Source: Ruditapes philippinarum
Lineage: Eukaryota
Assembly: GCF_026571515.1 (NCBI RefSeq)
Contig: NW_026854201.1
Location: 1 to 64,000, forward strand
Direction of reading: 5' to 3'
Length of the DNA: 64,000 nucleotides
Below, one piece after another: positions 48,492-60,593 of the stretch (positions within the stretch are counted from its first letter, which is position 1; each line of letters starts with the position of its first letter). The notes beneath the pieces were generated by a model. The model was not told the origin of the DNA and ran no database searches. It was given only the letters and a program-made list of their open reading frames with translations. The translations under genes and the position numbers were made by a program.

Positions 48492-51400
48492 ATTTAATAA
48501 ATGGTATCATACTGCAGGTTTAACTTGCATGACTCCAGATTATCCAACATATTTCAAGGTCATGTAAAATGTAAAGTGAATTTAATTAGGTATATATTAC
48601 TTACTTGTAACATAAAATTTTCACTGTACAGAAAAAAGTGATAAATCCGTGATATAACTTATAATTAATCTGGGTAAAGTATAATTCACATAACTGCTGC
48701 ATCTATAGTGCAAATTTTATGTTTATGTTTGGTTAATTTATTTACTCTACATAAAGCGCATGGCACAACCCTTTATCCAAGGAATCTGATTTTTAGCCCT
48801 TTATCTAAGGGATCTGCTTTTTAGGTGTTGAAGTAATACAGATCATGTGTGCCCTTCCCCCAGCCACCGAATGTTTGTACAGGTTGTAGTCATCTGTTAT
48901 CGGGGTTTGCAATTATTTGATGACCATATGTCATGCCAACCTGTCCAGCGCAATGTTTGTTTTACTGAGATTTAGTTCCTGCCAAAGCTTAAGGGTCACA
49001 AGAGGTGAAACAAGAGGTGAATGTCAAATAAAACTTAGACTGTATCTGCTAGAGGGCGCTTTCCTGCTTTTGGTCGGCTACAACCATCACTAGAAATGAC
49101 AATCATATGCAAAGGTGAAATTTGCAGCCCATATTCCTATTTTTTTTTTATGACTATCAGTTTTACTATATGTTTATGGGCTCAAACAGCATTTGTTCGA
49201 AAATTATAAATTTATAGCACACCGTCTGGTTGTCATTGGTATAATCTGGTAAAAAGTGGTAGCTCGGAAGCATTACAATCAGCAATATTACTTGAAATTT
49301 GCAGGCTCGGTTTAATTGAGTCTGTGCATGAGGGATAATGAAAAAATGCAGCATCACCCGCCCCCTCCTCTCCAGCACCGTCTTGAACGGTACTCAATTT
49401 TTCAATGATCAATGATCGCGATGGACCAGAAAAATATAACAGCACTGAAGTGAAGTACGGGGCAACTTTTTACGACTGTCACACGGCACTATAGACACCT
49501 GCTTTTGTGATCACAGATTTACATTACATATAAATCCGTGTTGTGATGTATAAATATCTGGAAATCATGTAAATAAACACTGGCACATAAATCGCCTTAA
49601 AAAACATTTGGTTGAGTTTCTGTGACATAAGTGACTATTTTATAACCATAGATCTTGGACATAATAAAACAATGATTACGCGGCTTGCTAGTCTCACAGC
49701 ATTCACCAATGTCTTATGATAAGAATTCCCACCCACTGCATATCTCAAGACTTGTTTGTTTAAGTTCTTATCTCAGCTTATATTACATTCACTGTAAACA
49801 TTGATTAAGCTTAGTAGAAGTAACTATAATGCGTTAACATCACATTGTACGTATGACACTAATTTTGACTAAATTGACAACTTTTCTATAGTAATGTGTG
49901 ACAAATATTTCGAGTCCTTCGATCGAGTGCCTTTTATTGCTTGATCCACCTGAAACAACAACTGTAACGCTATCAAGGTCTGGTAGCTTTTCGCACAAAT
50001 TAGCAGACAAAGAAATGTTGAAAGAAAACAACGCCTCTGTACAAAATGCAATATGAAACAAAATGAAACCGAATATCATTTCATATTAGTATGTCCATAT
50101 TATAACGACTTAAGGAAAACTTGTTTACCTAGATATTATTGCTCCTGGCCTAATTTAAATAAATTCATATCAATAATGACATGTACGAACAAAAATTTAA
50201 AAAAAAATGTATAATTTATAATGTTTAATTTATAATGTATGTATTTCACTTTTCTGTACTTTGTATTGTACCACCAAAAATATGTTTTAGCCAATAAATT
50301 AATTGACTTGACTTGATCGAGTTCGCAAAATAAACGGGTAAAACGCTTGGAATTTAAACATTAAAACGGAAAGATTATATAAAATTGGTTTGATGGAAAC
50401 TTCTTGTTGTTTTTTTACTTATTTCATCTAATACAATATATTATCTTTTTAAAGTTCAAATAAACATATTTAAACTATATACAACATATGATTTGTACGA
50501 CTTGTTTTACCGCGTTTTAATAAGTGTCAAGCGTTCGCAAGGAAGGCGCCGCCCCCTCCTCACCCCAAAGAATAAATAACTTTTGGTCCAGTCTGTATCT
50601 AGAATAATATATATATAAATGTAAATATTATATGGGTGCATTTATGAAATAAAAAATTGTGATTTGTTTCGAGGAAGCAAAGGGTGTCGTGTTTTGTTTG
50701 ATTTCTGGTGGCCAGCCGAGTCATGTAGGCTGTAAAAGTGTTACCTCAAATTGTCCATGGTCCAACTTTTGTTAACGATTTATCTTATTTTATTTTGTTT
50801 GTCGTGATTTATCTATCAGATTATATATATGATAAGTGTACTTATATAAAGAGCACCAAGGGGGATAATTTTGCACGTGTTCCACGCAACTATGCGGACA
50901 CCAATGTAATCCTTTCAGATCTAAACAATTACGTTTAGTGCGATATCAATATTGTCCATACCGCGCTACATACAAGAATAGTAGAACTTCAAATGACCAC
51001 CGGTCAAGAATATTGACTCCCTAGGCGTAAAATTATGATCCCTTCTCACGCAGTAGAGAGGCACAGTCTAGGTAATGTGGCCATCTCCTTCTCACCCATC
51101 TCAGAAAAAAGGCACTCTGAGTATATGGCACTAACTGATAATAGTAAAACATCTCACTCATTATAAATACTTTATAAAACATTGTCCAATTACTGTTCAA
51201 ATTTATGCGGAACATGTAGCATAGGCATGGCTTTGCATGATGTAGTTGGCTATCATGTAATTTTAAAACTTCCAAAGATACCAGTGAGTGTTATTATATT
51301 TCCACAGCACAAAAGAACGTATATCAAATTATGATAGATGTATAAAGACTTCACACTTCTCAACTTGATTTGAAAACAATGCGGGTCACCTGAGATACCA

Positions 51401-52385
51401 GTCGATTAAAGGAACTCCACTCCACTGAGGTCCAAAAGCCTAAAAACATAATATTTGAATTCCTTACATAGATTAGCTGAGGCACATAAAATAGAAATAT
51501 TTGCAAAAGATTAATAGAAAATACAATCAGAAATAAATTGGAAAACCATATATTTTGTGCTATTCTTAGTCCGATTCGAGTGGAAATCGATGCAATACTT
51601 TTCAATTTTGAGTCATTTTTCACATTCTGGAGTGGGTGGATAATCACAAATTTTGCACACAAATTATTGGTCCAGATATACATCAAATGGAACATTAATC
51701 TCGAAAAAATAATTCTAATGCCGTCATCTCAATTTGTGGAATTTCGCCACCATTTCCCGCGGATCGCTCGTGTTCTACACCATTCGGAACACCCTCGGCT
51801 ATTATCTATAATATTATATCCTTATCCGAAGACTGACGGAAAGGGCCGAGTAGTTGCGATTGGTTCTACACAGAAACATGATCCCTTCGATCTACAGTCC
51901 TACATTTAAATATGTCGACATACATATGCTGTATTATAATCTTACACTATGCAGATTTAAACACTCAGTCATGGAGCTAAATACATGTATATGTTTATCT
52001 GTGACTTGGTAAACACTAGGTGTCAATATTGTTTAAAACTCACTGGGATTAAGCGGCAATAATATTCAGTAAGTTTACATATTTTATCATAGACATATAA
52101 ATACACTCTGATTTTATTAATATATTTAGAATCCACTTATTTTAGTAACTAAGTTTAAGTAGTTTAATATTTACTTATTTAGATCTAGTAATATATTACT
52201 TATTTTAGTAATTAATATACATTTACATAGTTTTGAGAATTCATAACATAGGAAGAAAAGCATTTTTGTTGACTCAGCAATAAACTGGATCTGGATAGAT
52301 CTATAATTATATTCGTTTTACAGAAATTGTGTTGGTCGACATTATAATGAAGTATTTTGCACACTGTATAAAACAAACTATAAAT

Positions 52386-52620
52386 GAGCCGCGTCACGAC
52401 AAAACCAACATAATGGGCTTGCGACCAGCATGGATCCAGACCAGCCTGCGCATCCGCGCAGTCTGATCAGGATCCATGCTGTTCGCTATTAGTTTCTCTA
52501 CTTGTAATAGGATAGTTTAGCGAACAGCATGGATCCTGATCAGACTGCGCGGTAGCGCAGGCTGGTCTGGATCCATGCTGGTCGCAAACGCATTTGGTTG
52601 GTTTTGTCGTGACGCGGCTC
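52386..52620. mobile_element. Palindromic GAG..CTC MITE with 4-bp TSD AAAT
   Basis: Near-perfect arms; AAAT at 52382-52385 and 52621-52624. Confidence 0.9.
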
Positions 52621-53299
52621 AAATGGTGGAGATTACGTTAAGAGGCTAAATGTAATGAAATATTATCATGGTATTTAACACGCATTGAAACTATGCGTTA
52701 ACATAAAACTAGTAAAAAAATGCAAATTTTAACACCGATATTAAAATACATTCTCGTAAACTACAAGTACAGACGAGTTACGACTTTTAAAGATTTCTTA
52801 TTCTCCTGTTTAATGTCTAGCTAATGAACTATTTAGGTTACCAAAGTTCATTATCTTATTACGACAATATTCAAGATTTCTTTCGTTGTTGATACATGTA
52901 CATTTGTGCATATATCGGTATTTGAACTGTTCAATATAATTATTCTTCTTCAATAAAGACGTCATTCTTCCTGCATAAACCTAAAGAACATAACAGAAAA
53001 GAACAAAATCTTTATTCTCTACGCTCCTCGTCTATATAAATATCATACATATAATACAAAAGTCAAATCAGTAATAGCATGATTACAGAGAGATAAATAA
53101 ACTTTGTGAAAAACATTTTATGTGTAACAAAAGCTAATGTAGATCAAAATCATAATCATAAGTATACAATTCGACACAACAGTTTTTAAAGTAAAATGGG
53201 GGAGGGGGGGGGCGTGTACTGAAACGATTAAGTGGATGGACAAATAATACATGGGAGTAAGGGGGCAGCTGGGGGACCTAAAAATGAACAATTTTTATT

Positions 53300-53620
53300 T
53301 CAGTGTGGCCAGAAACACAATTCCAAATATTTCAAAATCTGTTTCACAAGCAGATAACCAGATGCACAACATTATTCAATGATAAATGACATAGATTGAA
53401 GAAAATAATAGTTTGCATGCATTGCTCCTTAAAAAATTGACCGACAGCAATTTATATTTGCCCCCACCCAGCCAAAATCACACCTAAAATATACCAATAT
53501 AGGCAATCTTCATGAAGGTGCAGCATACTCCAGAATGCACCCGATTCCTTAAAAACATCACTAACGCACAGTGCTAGCAATGGCATTTTCAAAAATGACC
53601 ATTAAAGTGTCTGTCATACG
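53300..53620 (-). mobile_element. Probable decayed LINE RT C-terminal fragment
   Basis: Reverse strand around 53515-53548 reads IGCILEYAAP, resembling the LINE motif RPxLEYAxxVW. Confidence 0.35.
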
Positions 53621-54162
53621 TTTAGATTTTTCACAATATTTATCCAAAATTTCATACTTGTTTAGCGCCAACTGTCAAGCTTGATTTTTAACTTTTTCAC
53701 TTCCATTCGGAGAGTCACAAATACATACAAAGCTACCAAAATGCTTAGTTTCGGGTAACAACCAAAAAATACTTCTCATTTTCTACAGACAAACAAGAAA
53801 GAATTACAATGACAGAGAAATATCAGAAGTTTCCAGTACCTTCATACGAAACTTGTCTGAGTTATTAAAAAATTTGACCGGGGGCCATCATTCGGATATG
53901 TCCCCTGCCCCATAAGAACTAGCCATAAACACATTTGTTTGACCTCGGGCAGTCTGAACGGATCTGATCATATCAGATAAAGGATCATGTAGCTGATTCA
54001 TATAGGGTGTGGCATAACAATGGCCTATGGCGAGATTATTAATAAGATAAAGGAATTTTACTTCATTTATCATAACATTATGGAATTAGGCCTCTCATTT
54101 TACAGTATACCACCAGGGACATAGATAACTGTCACCACTAACTTTTACTTAAAATCTATTGG

Positions 54163-54321
54163 CTACCGAGTGGTAAGGTCACTTGCCCCTCACCGTTTGT
54201 GGTTCGAATCCCGTCAGCTCGCGGAAGGTTGATGGCTCTACTCAGGTGACCTTTTTGTGCCTGAAATAATACGGAAATTCGTCATATAACTTTTACAGTG
54301 CCGGTGTCAAACAAAACAAAA
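54163..54321 (+). mobile_element. Internally deleted tRNA-derived SINE (family of 57216-57472)
   Basis: CCGAGTGGTAAGGTC A-box, GGTTCGAATCCC B-box, GCCTGAAATAAT, (CAAAA)n tail. Confidence 0.6.
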
Positions 54322-54520
54322 CGTGTTACATATACAACAATGTATACAACAGTGTAATAAGTATATTCATGTCACACTAAACCCACTGTTCCAAAATATA
54401 TGCCATGAGCATATAATCATCGTCGGATATCCACAGCCGAACCATATACATTTTTACACGTTTAATCAACCGTGGGTATCTGACGATGCATTTAATGTTT
54501 AATAGATCTTCACTATTCTC

Positions 54521-54903
54521 AATGGTGGCTGATTTGGTACACTTTGCGCGTTACGTTGTCTTGTCGATAGCGACAACACAACCTATATTGTTATCGCCTT
54601 TTCGTCTTGTCGCAAGCGAAACGCGCGAAATGACGCCTTGTTGCACTGTCGTCTTGTCTCTAGCGAAGCACGCCAAACGGCGCGTTGTCGTGCGGCGCCA
54701 TGTCGCGATGTCGCCAATCCTTCGATTTGAGCCGAGCGACAATGTGACATCGCGACAACACGCCGCACGAAGCGCGCCGTTTGGCGTGCATCGTTAGCGA
54801 GTGGACGACACGACGAAAGTCCGACAACGCGCCGTTTGGCGCTTTGTCGTGTTTTCGCTAGCGACAACACGACGCACAAAAGCGTTCCAAATCAGCCAAC
54901 ATA
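54521..54903 (+). mobile_element. Complete 383-bp GC-rich MITE, (T)ATGG..CATA termini, 6-bp TSD (IS3EU-like)
   Basis: TIRs AATGGTGGCTGATTTGG / CCAAATCAGCCAACATA; TSD ATTCTC at 54515-54520 and 54904-54909; internal TGTCG/CGACA repeats. Confidence 0.85.
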
Positions 54904-55459
54904 ATTCTCGATACTAGTTAAAATATCTTGACGTGCAAAGTTATATTTAGAGATATTTTAGTACCGTGTCGGATAAATAAAACAATTTTTCTAAATTATA
55001 GTATAACTATTGACTAAGTCAAAACATTAGTAGGTCTTAGTACTGATCACAGCTAAACATACAGAAATATACACCTAGATTAGTAAGTCAATTCTTTCCA
55101 TTAGTAATAATGGAATGTCATCATTATTTAAATAAATAAATATAAAGCTTTTATCATATACTTTTAAATGAAATATTGAGAAATATTTATAAAATAATAT
55201 GCATATTTTCATTTTCTTGCATAGCAGACTGGCGTATTATATTCGTATTTTCACTGTAAAATATTTTTCACTGCAGTTAATCAATACAAGTTATAGGTAT
55301 TTTCACTGGCGTCTTGTCGTATGCCTTTTTTTCCAACCTCAGTTAATATACAGATTTAATGGGGAAACGCCAGCCCGCATAGCTCAATCGAGACTTGAAA
55401 TCTCGACACTGTGGGTTCGATTCCCGGGCAGGCCAACTAAAATTACTAATAAGTCTTTG

Positions 55460-55491
<32 letters not shown>

Positions 55492-55775
55492 GGTGGTAGT
55501 TGGCATTCTTCACTCCAGATCACGGCAGTTAGCCACATTGAATTTACCAGAGCAAAGTTCAGCCACCGCGTTTGTTTTTATTGAACTGACGATATATTAT
55601 TATAGAAGCACCTCCCCAACTGTTAGTGCTTCTTGATTTATGCGTACAATCCACTCTTTTCTAGATTTTCTGATTTGTGCAGGCCTATGTCTTCAGTATA
55701 TCAAAGATGACCAATTAATATAACTTTATCTTACTAAATATGTCTTCTTTTTCCCCCCGACAGTTGTGCTAAAGA

Positions 55776-56889
55776 ATGGCGGACAATCATCGTTTGAGCT
55801 ACTCATGCTGTCCTTCAACCACTCCTTACATTTACGAGACGATTCCTGACAGACTACGCCACCTAGCGGCTGCAGACCCTGATAGAGAAGCGTTTGTTTT
55901 CTACGATTTTAACAAACAAAGAAAAAGTCTTACAAGAAAACAACTATTAGATCAAACTACCATTGCTGCAGAAAACTTTGTAAAGTATGGTGTCGAAAAA
56001 GGGTCAACAGTTGCGATATGCATGACTAATTCTTTAGAAATGTTAACTTCAAACTTAGGCGTTATAATGGCGGGAGGCGTTCCATTTTATGTATCAGCTA
56101 ATCTCAAGGACGGAAGTGATTTGGCAGAGTTTATCAACAACCTCGAGGCGAAGCTCCTTATAATAGATACTAATAAAGGGGATGAAAATTGGAAGGTCCT
56201 TGAAAATATTTGGCCTGAAGGTCAGAGTCGTTCAAAGGTGACACCATGTCTTGGAATGGTGATTTGCAATGGAAATATAGACAGGGAAAACGAAACAAGA
56301 AAGAGTCTTTCTTCGTTTCAACAGAAGAATTCGGACACCAAGATAAAACTTCCGAATATTCAGCCTGAAGATACGTTAGCATTCTTTTGTACTTCCGGTT
56401 CAACGGGTAAACCAAAAGAAGTTGTTTACACACATTTTGGTATTTTGAACTGGACAAAGTCTTCTAATAAACAACTGAACATTACAGAGAAAAGCGTGTT
56501 TTTCTGTGACCGTACATTTAGCTGGGTCCTTGGGTTTCCTCGCACGTACGTAACAGAGGGCGCCACCCGTGTTTTTGTTGACACAAAATTAAGTATTTCT
56601 GGGAAACATAGCGATTTCCTGACTGACATCATTAAAGCAGAATGTTGTGACGTCGTGTACCTTCCGGGATATATGGTCGTTGATATTCTAAAGAATCCAG
56701 ACGTCTCAGAGAAGTTCAACAAAGTGCAAAGCATATTTTTGTCCGGTGAAAGAATACAAAATGCTAACTACCAAGCTGTGAAAGCGCAATTATGCACCGA
56801 TGTTAAGTCGTTTTATGGAACAACAGAGAGTGGGGGAGTGAGTGAGTACAGTAGTACAAGTGGGGATGCTTTTGAAGACGGCATAATCG
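55776..56889 (+). CDS. Acyl-CoA synthetase / AMP-binding enzyme (ACSF2/4CL-like), coding exon 1
   Basis: P-loop FCTSGSTGKPK, SGE, YGTTE; acceptor CAG at 55761-55763 just before the ATG; phase-1 donor G|GTAATT at 56890. Confidence 0.92.
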
Positions 56890-57215
56890 GTAATTATACA
56901 AAATGCTTTAAAATTATGTCGAACATTTTGTTGTTTTCTATATTAAACAATTGTTCATTCTTTACGAAATCCAGCCAGTCTTAAATTTTGTCAACAATCC
57001 AAAACCTTATAAGCACGAATCGATGACCGATGATAAACTTTAACCACCAGTTTCAAGCTAGATGGCTACTCAGTTGTGCTCTAGTGTTCTATTCTTGTGA
57101 ATAGTAAAAGGAACCATCCTTATTTGATTTGAACTCGGAATGTGTTGTATACTAATAATACTCTGACGGGTCGATTTATAGCTGATATGTTGCCGGAATC
57201 GAAACAAGAAACAAG

Positions 57216-57472
57216 TTTTGTTTGTTTGTGTTTTACGTCACACCGACACAGTATAGGTCATATGGCGACAGTTGGAGGAAGACGCTCAGGTGCCTTCGCG
57301 TGCATTATTTCAGGCATGAACGGGCACCTGAAGTAAACACCGACGTTCCGTAAGCTAGCTGGATAGCTTCCTCAAATGATAGAATCCAAAGGCCCTGTCG
57401 GGATTCGAACCTACAGCGGTGAAGGGCAAGTGGTTTGAAGTCAATGATCTTAACCACTCGGCCACGGGCGCC
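57216..57472 (-). mobile_element. Full-length tRNA-derived SINE (V-domain/RUDI-like) in the ACS intron
   Basis: Reverse strand GTGGCCGAGTGGTTAAG (A box), GGTTCGAATCCC (B box), GAAGCTATCCAGCTAGCTTACGGAACGTCGGTG core, (AAAC)n tail. Family assignment is from memory. Confidence 0.8.
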
Positions 57473-58266
57473 TATTTAGAAAAACGTAAACATTATTTCA
57501 ATTTTTTATACCTTTTGCAAAACTACAAATTTGAGCGCAACACTTACATTTCATAACAGATTTTAACAAAACTTTCACCGACCTGTTGTTATAAAATTTG
57601 CCCTTTTGCAAACAATACTGAATAGCCAACTTTTTATCCAGCCAGGTGGAAAACTTGACTGCGACAATCTGATTTTTTTTACAGAATTATGGCCCTTTAT
57701 TTTTCACGTAATATACCACTCCTAATCTTCATAAGGGATTTCAACTAAAACTCGTGATTATTTTCTACATCAAGTTATACCGATATAAAGAAACAATGCG
57801 TTTCTGATTGTGCTTCTTCTACATTTCTAAAGAGGTTCCTGTCAACGAAAGTTTCCGTGAAATGTTGTCGCAAGTGTCCTGCTGTTTATTGCCAAGAATT
57901 CATGATTTTAGCGTAATGATGGGCATGTTTATTTATACTTGTGTAAGATGATATAGAATAATTCATGTGCGCAACTTTTTCTATATTTCCTTTTGGGTTC
58001 CTTTTTTCCAGATAGTTTGTCAATCAGTGCCCTGGTGCATATCTTTATGCTCCCACCCGAAGGAAGAGCATATATATAGTCGCCGCATTGTCCGTTCTTC
58101 CTTCCATCCGGTTGTCTGTCAGTCCGTCAAACTCTTGTCCGGAGATAAACTTGATATTATTTCAGGGATTTCAGCGTAAAACGATGTTTACGCGACAATT
58201 CTTGTTGCTGTTTTAACTAACATACATAATAAAATATTGATGGATGCAATTTTATTTCTTTTATAG

Positions 58267-58832
58267 GAAAACCTCTAGAAGGATGTGAATTTAAAGTAGT
58301 TGATGAAAACGGAGATGTTGTTCCGATTGATACACAAGGCGAGCTGTGTGTTAGAAGTCCTTTTAGATTTGTTACTTACCGGGGGATGGAAGAATTGTTC
58401 CGGGAGGTAGTCGACGCACAAGATTGGTTCCATACGGGTGACATGGCTCACTTTCGCCAGGATGGGAACTGTGTGATTGGTGGACGGAAAAAAGAGATGA
58501 TTTCAATTGGAACAAATAAGTTCTTCCCTTGGTCTATTGAAAAGGTTTTGAAAAACATTCCAGGAGCTGAAAACGCATTTGCGGTCGGTGTACCGGATAC
58601 AAGGCTAGGTCAAGTTGTTTGCGCATGCGTGTTACCTAAACAAGGTACTGCCCTGTCGGAGTCGGATGTTAAGAAATTCTGTGATGAAACATTCCTGGAA
58701 AAGTCGACTGCTTTTGGAGTAACTGTTAAACCTGTGTACAAGATTATTTTAGACAAGGTACCTCTGACAGTCTCTGGCAAGATTGATAGAAGAACAATAG
58801 GTATACTGGCGAAAAAAAAACTTGGACTATAA
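58267..58832 (+). CDS. Acyl-CoA synthetase, coding exon 2 (spliced protein 559 aa)
   Basis: TTATAG acceptor; GKPLEG..GELCVR..WFHTGD..GRKKEMI..GVPD..SGKIDRR..KLGL*; 1114+566 bp = 560 codons. Confidence 0.92.
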
Positions 58833-59647
58833 TCGTTCCATGTTGAACCATACCGATTAGATAGAATCATGCAGCTTATTGTTGAATATAAGTAACAAAG
58901 GATGATGAGTAATTTTTTGCATGTATATATATTTTATCTTGTATCAAATGCAACAAAGAAAAACATTTAATATTAACTTTATCTGGGATATAAATATATG
59001 ACAGGGATATGAATCGGACTTGCCTTGTCCTGTTCTTGTTTGGTGTCCTCCTGGGCTCCTTGCCACTGGTTCTTGTTGCTGGGTCGTGTCGGGTTGCGTT
59101 CATTGAATGCCGTCTTTCCTTGTTGATCTTGTATATCATAATTTAAGATCTCTCGTATCCTTGGCCTTCAACGTACTTAGCGATATTTCAAATTAAGCGA
59201 TTATGCCATTTTTTGTGAAGAAGCACCCCGAAATTTTCACATTTTAACGAGCATGATGAGTACCAGTTTATAGGCAGGACTTACATCAAATGTCGAGAAT
59301 ATATTTCCAGGCACAACATGTAAAAAAACAAACATTTTAAAGCATTCATAGATGAATGTTTATATTTAATATAGGTATTTGTAGTGAGACTGTTTTGAAT
59401 TTATCTGTTTTATACTCTTAAATCTGCATCGTTTTCTACTCTTAAATTGTGTTTTTTATACTCTTATACCATCTATATTTGGACACAACATATTTTTGAA
59501 AATAAAAAAAAGCTTCAAAGAAACTGTGATGTAAACAGAACATAAAGTTATTGTTCATTATGTAATGTTAAGAAAAAAATACAAGTACACATGTAGTTAT
59601 TCTACCACACGTCGTATGACGTCAGATATGACGGCAATTAACCAAAT

Positions 59648-59822
59648 GAGTCCATCTGCGCAGTCTGAACAGGATCCATGCTGTTCGCTTTCCAACCCTA
59701 TTACAAGTAAAGAAACTGATAGCGAACAGCATTGATCCTGATCAGAATGCGCGGATGCGCAGGCTGGGTTGGATCCATGCTGGTTGCATACGCACTATGT
59801 TGGTTTTGTCGTGACGCGACTC
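59648..59822. mobile_element. Internally deleted GAG..CTC MITE with AAAT TSD
   Basis: AAAT|GAG..CTC|AAAT; left arm lacks ~60 bp. Confidence 0.75.
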
Positions 59823-60593
59823 AAATGACGTTAGGAAAATTACTTCTACGCTCAATGTAGTTCAACATATTTTTTATCCATTCTTCTTTTTATTAGCATG
59901 TTAGAATGGAAATCTATATCATTTTTATTGCATTGTAGTATACCAATGCACGGTTTTTCGTTTAAATGCTTTGTAATTAATCATTCTGACAAATCTATTG
60001 CCCTTCGTGATTATATTCCTAAGCATTTGAACTCAAACCGTGCAATATTTTACAACAATGTACTAAAATTTAAAATCTACTTCCTAATTACAATACTTGT
60101 TTAGGATTTTACATTAGTTTAAAATCTCGATCATTTCAGCGGACAGTTTTTCTTTTGTTTAAATATATATCATGCTTAAACTATCGACACATTATAAATG
60201 TCATAAAAATTCAATTTACATTTAACTGTAGAACTGCAAAATTGATTTCTAAACAATAATTATAATATAGGAACAAGATCACTGCATGGGCGCAGCATTT
60301 TGTGCATGCATGCAAATTTCATTGTTTGAGAAATGCAAAAATAATATTTCAAATTAGAAACGAGGCTTATTCATGGACATTGTCCAAAACATGCTTTATC
60401 TTAATTAACCAGTGACAAACAATATTTAAAACACAGATTTTATTCAAAGATTCTTGCTCATCCTATTGTCCAATAAACACAAGCATATAACACTGAATTT
60501 ACATAGAATTTCTGACTCGAAACGTTTTCAATGAATTTAAAGAAAAATCATGATATATACAAAAAAATTAGAGTGAAGAAAATCACAACATAT

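Noticed and set aside
56890-56984. C-terminal tail of ORF 55776-56984
   Set aside because: Intron read-through; the donor at 56890 matches the donor position in both paralogs.
58876-59190. 87-aa minus-strand ORF as a gene
   Set aside because: It resembles a decayed LINE ORF2 C-terminus (..MIYKIN..) and has no exon structure; too weak to call.
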